In this document: positions 52,961 to 64,000 of the stretch, in pieces
Layout of the letters: each line of letters starts with the position of its first letter
Position numbering within the stretch: the first letter of the stretch is position 1
Assembly: GCA_951406725.2 (NCBI GenBank)
Contig: OX597814.1
Span: forward strand, 8,556,001 to 8,620,000
Reading direction: 5' to 3'
Source: Octopus vulgaris
Lineage: Eukaryota
Length of the DNA: 64,000 nt
Notes under the pieces: model-generated
Seen by the model: only the letters and a program-made list of their open reading frames with translations
What the model was told of the DNA's origin: nothing
The model's database searches: none
Translations under genes and position numbers: made by a program

Positions 52961-55900
52961 TGCACATGAAAGCTATCTTCTCGGTTAATTTTCCTTTGAT
53001 ATTGCTGCACCTCTTATGTGTTCATAGCTTACAATAGGTACATCCTATAGAGTTTCTAACTTCACATTTTCTTCAGATCGAGGAGGGCCATCTACCTGAA
53101 GGGGTGTGTGGTGAGTTTGCCTTCCTACTTACTAGAACTTTGGTCTTTGCTACATTGACTCTCAGGCCTTTTGATTCTAAACCTAGCTTCCACACACAAA
53201 ATTTCTTTTCTAGTTCCGGTAGTGATTCTGCTACAAGGACTAGGTCGTCAGCATAGAGGAGCTCCCAAGGACAACCTGTCTTAAATTCCTGTTATTGCCT
53301 GGAAGACTATGATGAATAGAAGGGGCTGAGGGCTGAGTCTTGGTGGACGCCAACTTCTACTCCGAATTCTTCACTGTACTCATTGCCAATTCTAACCTTA
53401 CTACTAGCCTCTCTGTAGAGAGCTTGTACAGCCCTTATTAACCATTCGTCACTCTCCAGTTTCCGCATTGACCACCAGATAAGGGATCAAGGGACCCTGT
53501 CAAAGGCTTTCTCCAAGTCCACAAAAGATAAGTAGAGGGGTTTATCTTTAGCTAAGTATTTCTCCTGCAGTTGTCGAACCAGGAATATGGCATCAGTGGT
53601 GTTTCTACCTGGCACAAAACCAAACTGCATCTCATCTAAGCAGACTCTCTCCCTAATGAGATGGGCTTTGACCCTCTCTGTGACCTTCATCACCTGATCC
53701 AGCAGTTTGATACCCCTGTAATTATTTCTATCTAGAGCATCACCTTTACCCTTGTAGCAGTTGACTATGGTGCTGCTACGCCAGTCGTTGGATATGACTC
53801 CATCACGTACTACCTGGTTTACAATGCGGGTGACTAGGCCAAAGCCCACACCACCAGATGTTTTAAGCATCTCAGTAGTGATTCCTGATGGACTGGGGTC
53901 TTTTCCTGGCTTCATACCCTTAATTGCTTTATCTACAAGGGAGCTGTCTATTGGGATAACTGGTCCCTCTACTGGGTCAACATTTGGCAGGCTCTCCTCC
54001 TCCCGATCATTCTCCACATTCAGCAGTCTCTCATAATGGCTTCTCTAAGCCTTTTTCTTTTCAGAAACATTGAAATCAAGTGCACCATCATCCATGCAGA
54101 TGCATTTCTCTTCTGTGACATCACAATTTTCTCTCACACACTGTCTTGCAATCCGAAATACCTGTTCTTTGGTCCTCACGTTGCTGGACATTGGCAAACT
54201 TATTCTCTTCTGCTATGCCCTTAGCTATGTATACCTGCCGCCCAGCCTCCCTTTTGGCTACCTGGTACAGTTCCCTGCTACCCCCATCCCTCCAGGCTTT
54301 CCAGGCCTGTCTCTTTGCACTAATGGCTCTTTGCACTAATGGCTCTGTCTACTGTATTATTCCACCACCATGTAACTCTTGGTCTGGAAGGGACTTTGCA
54401 CCATCCACAGACTTGTCCTGTGGCACTCAGCAAGCTATCCCAGAGGAATTTCCAGCTACCTTCTATGTCCGATGTTTGTAGCTCCACCTCCCTCTCATCA
54501 AATTTCTTGATGAGGATGTCCCTAAATCTCTGACCATGTGAAGGGTTCTTTAGCTTCCAAATCCTTCTTTTCTGGATTGGTCTTCTTCTTGGTATCCTTC
54601 TGGCCTCAAGCCTAAAGTCACTAATGACTAGCCTATACTGAGGGGTACATTCTTCACCCGGGAGGGTCTTTGTATTTAAGAGCAACCCTGCATCCCGCTG
54701 TCTGGTGAGCATGAAGTCTATTTGGCTAGCGGAGTCCCCTGACTGATAGGTTATAAGGTGGCAGTCTGGCTTTCTGAAGTTAGTGTTGCAGATTAAAAGG
54801 TTACATGCATCACAGAATTCCAGTAGTCTAGTTCCCTCATCATTTCTGGTGCCAATACCATGGCTACCGTGTACCCCAGTGAAGATACCTGATTCCCACT
54901 CAACATGCCCATTAAAGTCTCCAGCCACAAAGATGAGGTCCTTGCCACTCGTCTTTGAGGTAGCCTGTAGAAGGGTATCGTAAAAGTGGTCCTTCTGATC
55001 CTTTGGTAGCCCCGCATAGGCGGAGATAATCGTAGCTGAGCTGTTCTGTAGGACTAACCTGAGCTTGAGCACTCTATCACATACCCTGACAACCTCTATG
55101 ACTTTATCCACCCATTTCTCCACAAGGAGAATGCCTACACCCCCTACACCATCCATATTACCTTGCCAGAAGACTTTATACCTATGTGCCTTGCCTGTGA
55201 GGACCCTAGCTGAAGCACCTCTCCATCTTACCTCTTGTATGCAGCATACATCAACCCATCTTCTTTCAAGAATCTCTACAATCTTACTAGATCTACCTTT
55301 CAGTGTACTAACATTGACAGTGCCAACTCTGAAAACTATAAAGGTAATGTGGGGTGAGGTTTAGGGAGGAGGGATGCAATTCAGCACCTGAAAAGAAGAG
55401 GGTTGTTGTGGTGATCGGCTTTTAGGCATTTTTCATCTGATCTCTCTTCCGACATGACAACATTCAAGCATTTAGGGATGTTAAGATTGTTGCCCCTGCT
55501 GTAAGCAGGAGCTGGTATTAGCAGCATTGTAAGCATAAGCATTAAGGTCATTGATGATGTAGATGTAAGCTGTGTGGCAGAAATATTGATATTCCAGGTG
55601 TTAGTAGCGTTGTAAGCAAGCATTATGGTCATTGAATGATGTAGTTTTAAGTGGCGTAGCAGAAATATGGATATTCCAGTGTTAGGTTAGGAGGGGTTCA
55701 ACTGAAAACTGGTTGCATTGAGGTGGGGAAGGGTTCTGGCAGAGAGAAGAGAGATAGAGAGAGGGAGAGAAAGTGAGGGAGGAATGGAGAAGAGAGAGTG
55801 CAGGTAATATAGGGAACAGCACCAGTGAGGAAGGTGAGTTAGGAGAAGCGAAAACAGGTAGGGGTGGTAGCAGGTTCTAGAAAGAATGAAACATAGGTTA

Positions 55901-56040
55901 TCACGAGTGAAGGAGGGGACTGGAAGAGGAGATAGCTGGTTGAAGTGGTGACAGATTTCTAAACAGAAGAAGCGTACGATAACTGGTTAAGTGGGTCGGT
56001 TGAGGAGCAGCGGTACTAGCTACATCTGTCGTAGGGGAGA
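52961..56040 (-). mobile_element. RTE LINE, 3'-truncated
   Basis: APE (AGDFNGH), RT (QFGF, YADD); 16-bp tandem duplication frameshift at ~54313-54345; the 5' limit is approximate. Confidence 0.88.
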
Positions 56041-56062
56041 TATATATATATATATATATATA

Positions 56063-59000
56063 TCATCATCATTGTTTAACGTCCGCTTTCCATGCTAGCA
56101 TGGGTTGGACGATTTTGACTGAGGGCTGGCGAACCAGATGGCTGCACCAGGCTCCAATCTTGATCTGGCAGAGTTTCTACAGCTGGATGCCCTTCCTAAC
56201 GCCAACCACTCTGAGAGTGTAGTGGATGATTTTTACATGCCACAGGCACGGGAGCCAGTCTGGAGGCACTGGCAATGACCTCGCTCTAATCTTTTTACAC
56301 ATGCCACTGGCACAGGTGCCAGTGAAGCAATGTTGGTAACGATCACGCTCGAATGGTGCCCTTTTAGATGCCACAGGTACAGAAGCTACTTAGCTGCTCT
56401 GGCAACGATCACGCTCGGATGGTGCTCTTTGCACCCCACTAGCACGAATGCCAGTCATCAAATTGATTTTGATTTTGATTTCACTTGCCTCAACAAGTCT
56501 TCGCAAGCAGAGTTTAGTGACCAAAGAAGGAAAGGTACGCATAAGTGGGCTGGTTATGCTCCTGGCATAGGCCACAGGTTATGGTCTCATTTGGCTTGCT
56601 GAGTCTTCTCGAGCACACCATATTTCCAAAAGTCTCGGTCGCTAGTCATTTCCTTGGTGAGGCCTAATGTTCAAAGGTCGTGCTTCACCACTTCATCCCA
56701 GGTCTTCATGGGTCTACCTCTTCCACGGGTTCCCTCAACCGCTAGAGTGTGGCACTTTTTTACACATCTATCCTCATCCATTCTCGCCACATGACCATAC
56801 CAGCGCAGTCATCTCTCTTGCACACCACATCTAATGCTTCTTAGGTCCAACTGTTCTCTTAAGGTACTTACACTCTGTCGAGTATGCACACTGACATTAC
56901 ACATCCATTGGATCATACTGGCTTCATTCCTTGTGAGCTTACGCATGTCCTCAGCAGTCACAGCCCATGATTCACTGCTGTGAAGCATGGCTGTTTGTAC
57001 ACAAGCATCATACAGTTGACCTTTTACTGTGAGCGAGAGGCCCTTTGTCACAGGCAGAGGTAAGAGATCTCTGAACTTTGCCCAAGCTATTCTTATTCTA
57101 GCAGCTACATTTTCAGCGCACCCTCCTTCGCTACTGACTTGGTCACCTAGATAATGGAAGCTATCAACTACTGCTAGTTTTTCTTCCTGGAATATGGCGG
57201 AAGTTGGTCTCTGTGCATTTTTAGCGTTTATCGCTCCCAAGCATCTGCCACATACAAAAACTATCTTCCCAGTTACTCTTCCTTTGATATTACAGCACCT
57301 CTTATGTGTCCATAGCTTACACTGGGTACATCTTATAGAGTTTCTACCTACGCCTCTACTACGGATCGAACAGGGCCATCTACTTGAAGGGATTTGTGGT
57401 TCGCCTGCCTTCCTACTTATTAGGACTTTGGTTTTAGCTAGGTTGATTTAAGGCCCTTCGATTCTAATCCTTGTTTCCACACTTGAAACTTCTCCTCTAG
57501 TTCTGATAGTGACTCAGCAATTAAAGCAAGGTCGTCAGCATAGAGGAGCTCCCAGGAGCATCCTGTCTTGAATTCCTCCATTATTGCCTGGAGGACTATG
57601 ATAAATAGGAGGGGGCTGAGGACTGAATCCTGGTGGACCCCTACCTCTACCTTGAATTCTTCAGTGTACTCGTTGCCAACCCTTACCTTACTTACAGCGT
57701 CCCTGTACATGGCTTGCATCTATCCCTAGTTTCCTCATTGACCACCAGATAAGGGATCGGGGGACCCTGTCAAAGGCTTTCTCCATATCAACAAAAGCCA
57801 GGTACAGGGGCTTATCTTTGGCTAGGTATTTCTCCTGCAGCTGTTTTACCAGAAATATGGCATCAGTGGTGCTTTTCCCTGGCACGAAACCAAACTGCAT
57901 CTCATCCAAGTTGACTCTCACCCTAATCAGTTGGGCTATGACCCTCTCCATAACCTTCATTACCTGATCCAACAGCTTGATACCCCTGTAGTTACCTTTG
58001 TAACAATTGACTATTATGCTGCTACACCAGTCATTGGGTATGACTCCTTTGTGTATCACCTGGTTAACTATATGGGTGACTAGGCTATAGCTGACACTAC
58101 CAGATATTTTGAGCATCTCTGCAGTGACTCCTGATTGGCCTGGGGCTTTCCCTGTCTTCATGCTTGTAATTGCCTTAACTACCAAGGAACTGTCAACTCA
58201 GATATCTGGTCCCTCTGTTGGGTCAACATTCAGCAGACTCTCTTTATCCCATGCATTTTCTTTATTCAGCAACCTTTCATAGTAGCGTCTCCAAACCTCT
58301 CTCTTTGCAGCCTCATTTAGCGCAAGTGAACCATCATCCATGCGAACATATTTCTCTCCTACAACATCACGATTCTCTCTCACACATTGTCTTGCAACAC
58401 GAAATACCTCAAGTCTTTGGTCCTTACGGTACAGAATATTGGCAAATTTTTTCTTATCTGCTTCTCCTCTGGCTAAATAAACCTGCCTTCTAGCTTCCCT
58501 TCTGGCAGTCTGATACAATTCCCTGCTACCACCATTCTTCCAATCCTTCCAAGCCTGTTTCTTTTGTCTATTAGCCTTGTCAACAACATTGTTCCATCAC
58601 CATGTTATTTTTGGTTGAGAGGGGACTTTGCACCATCCACAGATCTGGTCAGTGGTCCTTAGCAGGTTGTCCCGTAGGAATCTCCAGTTGTCTTCAATAC
58701 CATGCGAAGCTATATCCCCTTCTATTTCGTCAAAGGCTTTGAGTAATATGTCTCAAAATCTCTGCCCGTTTGCAGGATCTTTAAGTCTCCAGACCCTTTT
58801 TCTCCTTGCTGGTCACCTTCTAGGCATACATTTAGCCCTGATCCTAAAGTCACTAACTACTAGTCTATGTTGTGGGGTACATTCTTCGCCAGGGAAGGTT
58901 TTGGCATTTATAAGCAGCCATCTTTCCCTTTTTCTGGTGAGAATGTAGTCAATCTGACTAGTGTGTCTGCCAGAGTGGTAGGTAACTAGGTGGCTGGCAG

Positions 59001-60146
59001 GCTTTCTTAAGTTACTATTGCAAACCATAAGATTATTTGCATCACAGAACTCCAGCAGCCTGGTTCCATCCTCATTGTGAGAGCCAAAACCATAGCCTCC
59101 ATGAATGCCATGGAAGCCCCCGACATGTTGTCCAACATGTCCATTGAAGTCACCAGCTACAAAGAAAAGGTCCCTGTCATTCGTCAATGTGGTAGTCTGT
59201 AAGAGGGTGTCATAGAATCGGTCTTTCTGTCCATCACGTAGTCCCAACTAAGGGGCATGTGCTGAGATAATGGTTGCTAACCCATGATTAAGCACTAATC
59301 TAATCTTAAATATTCTGTCACATACTCTGACTACCTCGATTACCTTATCTACCCATTTCTCTGCAAGAAGTATACCTACACCCCCAACCCCGTCAGTGTT
59401 ACCTGCACAGAAAATTTTGTACCTGTGTTCTTTGCCAGTGAGGAGCCTAGCGGAACCTCCTCTCCACCTTACTTCTTGGATGCAGCACATATTAACACAT
59501 CTCCGTTCAAGCATCTCAACAATCTCACTAGACCTACCTTTCCATGTGCCAACGTTGAGAGTGCCAACCCTGAGGGTGTGTGAGGTATGGGCCCTTGAGA
59601 CCCTGGGACGGACAGTAGCATCATGTACTTGAAAAGAGAGCACACATTTGGCAGAATTCATAGCAAACAATAATCTTAAGTTCAACCTGTGTACACTACA
59701 CTATCATATTTTGGACTGTATTATCACTACCTTATATAGTAGGGGTGGGGATGGCGTAAGGATTTTAGAAGTGTTCATGGGAGGCAACCAAAGATGATGA
59801 AACGAGGACTTCCGGTATAGGTGGAGGGGGTGGGAGGGTGGGTGAACCTCAAACTAACAAACATGTGCTAGGAGTTGTAAGAGAGAGATAGAGATAGAGA
59901 GAGACAGACAGGGTGGCACTGGAGTTATGGTTTTCAGGTGTTTGGAGAAAGACAAATTTGAGACGTGATTTTTATCTCAGCCATCAACAAATAAGAACAA
60001 AAATATAGAACTGAAATGAAATGCATGAAACTAAAGTTTCATTAACAGACAGGAAAAGATAGAAGAGAAGAGGGGAGTTGATAATAATAAGAGTTTATGA
60101 TGGAAAATACTGACAGAAATACAATGAAACGTAATTAACGACATAT
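56063..60146 (-). mobile_element. Near full-length RTE LINE, decayed
   Basis: Collinear with 26030-30035; several stops and deletions; (TA)n at both flanks. Confidence 0.93.
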
Positions 60147-60155
60147 ATACACACA

Positions 60156-60193
<38 letters not shown>

Positions 60194-60202
60194 TGTGTGT
60201 AT

Positions 60203-61050
60203 TTTTCCCTTGTTAACAATTAACACGGGAAAAATAGATAAATAGTTACCAGGTTAGCAAAAAATCACAGAAGCAAAGAGGCTGTATCTCCTTGTTTTTT
60301 AAGGTAGAAACTTCGGGTTTATGTGGTAGTTTTTGTATAATATATAAATAAATAAATGGAGTTTAATGCAGGTATAATTCAAATACTTTTACTTCTGACA
60401 CATGTTTCAAAGATTTCACTGATATTATTCAAAAGAATAAATGGTATAAAGCAATGTAATCTTCTCTTCAGGGAAGTGAAGAAATGAAACTCGTCAATAA
60501 GACATTTTAACAGAAAATGATGGATATGTATAGTGATTTACTGAACACTATTAATATTGTTTGAAAAAACGTTATATGATATAACGTCATAAGTAGCCTA
60601 TAGAAAGAGTAGGGATACTTTTTTAGTGAATATTAAATATAAAAGAAAATTAATGTTTAAATTATATATAATTATAGAAATTACTTATATGAACTAAAGG
60701 TATGTTTTTGCCAATGTTTACATTGGTATGCACGCTCTATAACCAAATTTACTAGGGGATTTTTAGAAAAAATAATGAAAAAATAGTTCAGAATTACAGA
60801 GAAGACAGAATCCCTTGCCTTTGTCATAAGGTATCAAGATTGAGATAATCAACCATTCTAAATTAAATTGTTCATTGTGGTCTTTTAGATCCCGAATTAA
60901 TTTACTGAGCCCAGTACTGTTATGTTTACTCCTATCCCTAAATGTTGAAATGATTTACACCATTTATTCTTTTGAATAATATCAGTGAAATCTTCGAAAC
61001 ATGTGTCGGAGGTAAAAGTATTTGAATTATACCTGCGTTAAACTCCATTT
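60203..61050 (-). mobile_element. 5'-truncated Penelope-like element (probably Naiad-type) with inverted partial LTR
   Basis: STGLSKLIRDLK..EWLII..PY..CLLCNSE..N..CKH endonuclease C-terminus (~60950-60680); ~97-bp inverted repeat 60354-60450 / 60954-61050; hammerhead. Confidence 0.8.
60391..60477 (-). ncRNA. Type I hammerhead ribozyme (canonical core)
   Basis: acttcc-CTGAAGA-gaagat...atcttt-GAAAC-atgt-GTC-agaagt. Confidence 0.8.
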
Positions 61051-61631
61051 ATATTATATATATGTATGCATGTATGTATGTATGTATATATATGTATGTA
61101 TATATGTGTGTGTCTATGTATGTATAAATGTGTGTATATGTATATATGGCTGTATGGCTATGTATATGCATAAGCATGTTTAGTGGTATATAAACATGTG
61201 AATTTGAGTGTACATATTTCCATGTGTCTGTTGTCAGTCTATTTACGTTTGTTTATGTATGCCAGCATTTTTTCCATTAATTACTGTCTCCCCTATAACA
61301 CATCAAACTTCTGTAGCTCACTCTTTTTGTTTTTTAGTTAGTTTTTTTCTCTATCAATGATAACTTACTCAACAATAATATAAACAATTTTTCTGATATT
61401 AACTATAAAAAAAAATCTTTCTCATTTATATTGCTCTATAGATGATTATATAAGTTTATCAGTTGATAATGTAAATAAAATCCCCTTTAGTTTGAATTTT
61501 TTATTCCTTATTAATTGTCTAACATCTATTCTGGAATTTCCTTAAAAGCCATTCCATTACTGTGACTAGATAATTAATTATTTTTCTCTATGAATATTAG
61601 ACACATTATTTACAATTAATACTTAAATTAT

Positions 61632-61679
<48 letters not shown>

Positions 61680-61776
61680 TATATACATATACATACATAT
61701 ACATATATATATCATCATCATCGTCCGCTTTCCATGCAAGCATGTGTTGGACTATAAATATATATATATATATATC

Positions 61777-61993
61777 CTTTTCCTTTTTATCTTTTTACTT
61801 GTTTCAGTCATTTGACTGCGGCCATGCTGGAGCACTGCCTTTTGTCGAGCAAATCAACCCCAGGGCTTATTCTTTGTAAGCCTAGTACTTATTTTTTCGG
61901 TCTCTTTTGCCGAACGGCTAAGCTACGGGGACACAAACACACCAGCATCGGTTGTCAAGTGATGTTGGGGGGGGGACAAACATAGACACACAA

Positions 61994-62056
<63 letters not shown>

Positions 62057-62220
62057 CACGACGGGCTTCTTTCAGTTTCCGTCTACCAAATCCACTCACA
62101 AGGCTTTGGTCAGCCTGAGGCTATAGTAGAAGACACTTGCCCAAGGTGCCACGCAGTGGGACTGAACCCGGAACCATATGGTTGGTAAGCAAGCTACTTA
62201 CCACACAGCTACTCCTATGC

Positions 62221-62222
<2 letters not shown>
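61777..62222 (-). mobile_element. SINE family A, full length
   Basis: A/B boxes, internal CA/TA tract. Confidence 0.9.
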
Positions 62223-62251
<29 letters not shown>

Positions 62252-62569
62252 AATGTTAAAGAAATAGAGAAAAACAATCGACATATTAAATTTTTTTTAC
62301 AATATGATATAATAATACTATAAAAAGATATAATATAATATAACAAATAATTAAAACAAATATAAATCCAACAATTTGTTTTGACTCATATCCACAAGTG
62401 AATTTATAAACATTCACATTTATGCATATGAATGTCTGCTTTAATAAATCAAAAATATAAAAAATATAATAAAAACAAAATTCAAATAGATAAAATAATT
62501 AAGTAAAGAAAAATCACAACGGTAATAAAACGTTGTTATGGATTTCCGATGTTATCAATCTAAAGATAT

Positions 62570-64000
62570 TTTAATCAAAAATAATCAGTGGCCATTTTAT
62601 TATATAACTAGCAAATGCAGCCATCTTCCTTTTCCTTTTCCAGATAATACAAGCTTGCCACCTAAAAAGAGGGCATGCACTGGCAGGAAGTCTTCTACAC
62701 CGGCAAACTAGCAGCACTGGCAGGCTAAGGAAACTGAAGACCAGAGGGATCCTGTACACTGTTGAAAAGAGCTGCTTTGGTGGTACTTTTTTCACTTTGT
62801 TCCAGTGTCACCTAAGCTCATTGAGCCATTTGCTCAGTGGTATCTCCCATGAAGTAAATTTCAACGAATCGGGGTTCAGCATTGTTGACAGGGGGAATAG
62901 AGCCTATCTGATGATAGGATTGGCCCTGAATTTTGAATGTTGGCATATAGGAGTCTTCATGAATAGGATTGTGACCAAAATTTGTCATCTGGAAGGCAGA
63001 GTTATAAGCACGAGTTTTCGGTATAAATTGCTGTGAATCAAGGTGTTGACCAAGGAGTAAAGAGAAGAAAGGCCGAAGAGTGTTGTGCAGGACAAACGAA
63101 CCTTTCTCTTTGAGTAGCATTGGACACTGGATTCTCCAACCCACTTGCAGGCCTTGCAAAATGGACATATTAGAGAAATAACCCCAGTAACAATCTCTCA
63201 AAGAGGGGCGTAATCATCGGCAGGATCATAGGTGAGCACATTTTGATGCCCACCGACAACTCAGTGGTTTCCAGTAGCTATGGGCAATAGCCATCTGGTG
63301 AAGATTAGACAGAAGTCTCATCATCCGATGGTTATCATCATCTGCCAACCTCACAGAAGAAGTGGATGCAGTGTTGTGTGTCCAATGGATAGTACTCTCT
63401 TCTGAGGCTTCTTAGGCCCTCGCAGCAGAAGTGAGTGCATCAGTGTGTGCCCGAGGGTTCACTCTCTCTTCTGTGGCTTCTTATGCCATTATGGTAGAAG
63501 TGGATAACACCCTCTTCTGAGGCTTCTTATGCCCTCGTGGCAGAAGTGTATGCAGCATTGTGTGCCCGATGGATAGCACTCTCTTCTGAGGTTTATTTGG
63601 CCCTCATGGCAGAAGTGGATGCAGCGTTGTGAGCCCAACAGATAGCACTCTCTTCTGAGGCCCCCATGGCAGAAGTGAATGCATCATTGTGTGCCCGATG
63701 GATAGCACTCTCTTCTGAGGCTTCAAATGCCATCATGGCTGAAGTGAATGCAGCGTTGTGTTTCAGATGGATAGCCCTCTATTCTGAGGCTTCTTAGGCC
63801 CTCGTGACAGAAGTAGATGCAGCATTACTAGCCCGATGGATAGCACTCTCTTCAGAGGCTTCTTATGCTCTTAGGACAGAAGTGAATTCAGCGTTCTGAG
63901 CCCGATGAATAGCAATTACTTCTGAGGTTTCTTAGGCCCTCATTGTAGAAGTGAATGCAGCATTGTGTGCCCAATGGATAGCACTCTCTTCTGAGGTTTA
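62570..64000 (-). mobile_element. Helitron RepHel N-terminal remnant
   Basis: RAYNSAFQMTNFG..FKIQGQSYHQIGS..PRFVEIYF. Confidence 0.82.
63345..64000 (-). repeat. 69-bp tandem repeat encoding 23-aa STPR-like units
   Basis: gatagcactc-like anchor at 63572, 63641, 63701, 63770, 63839, 63908, 63977; unit reads EASEESAIHRAHNAAFTSAMRA. Confidence 0.88.

Overview
AT-rich, microsatellite- and transposon-dense animal genomic DNA. The repeat inventory (tRNA-derived SINEs, RTE, R4/Dong, Penelope, CR1, Tx1, hAT, Tc1, Helitron) looks like an octopus/coleoid cephalopod; this is an inference. The only host genes are two spliced, convergent (tail-to-tail) paralogs of a macrodomain + ART mono-ADP-ribosyltransferase (PARP14/PARP15-like). 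Copy 1 is on + (7 exons, 1351-16624). Copy 2 is on - (4 exons in the window, 50954-22370). The pair shows patchy near-identity consistent with gene conversion. By hand count over 630 shared coding nt, there are 30 amino-acid changes but only 3 purely synonymous codon changes. 21 of the changes fall in the single catalytic-His/donor-loop exon, which suggests diversifying selection resisting homogenisation. Other notable items: four hammerhead-ribozyme folds in Penelope-like remnants (two unrelated ones share a non-canonical CUGUYGAA core), a very young non-coding LTR element with a perfect tRNA-Trp primer site, RTE elements sitting in (TA)n, and a 69-bp STPR-like repeat array in a Helitron. All counts were made by eye and TE boundaries are approximate.
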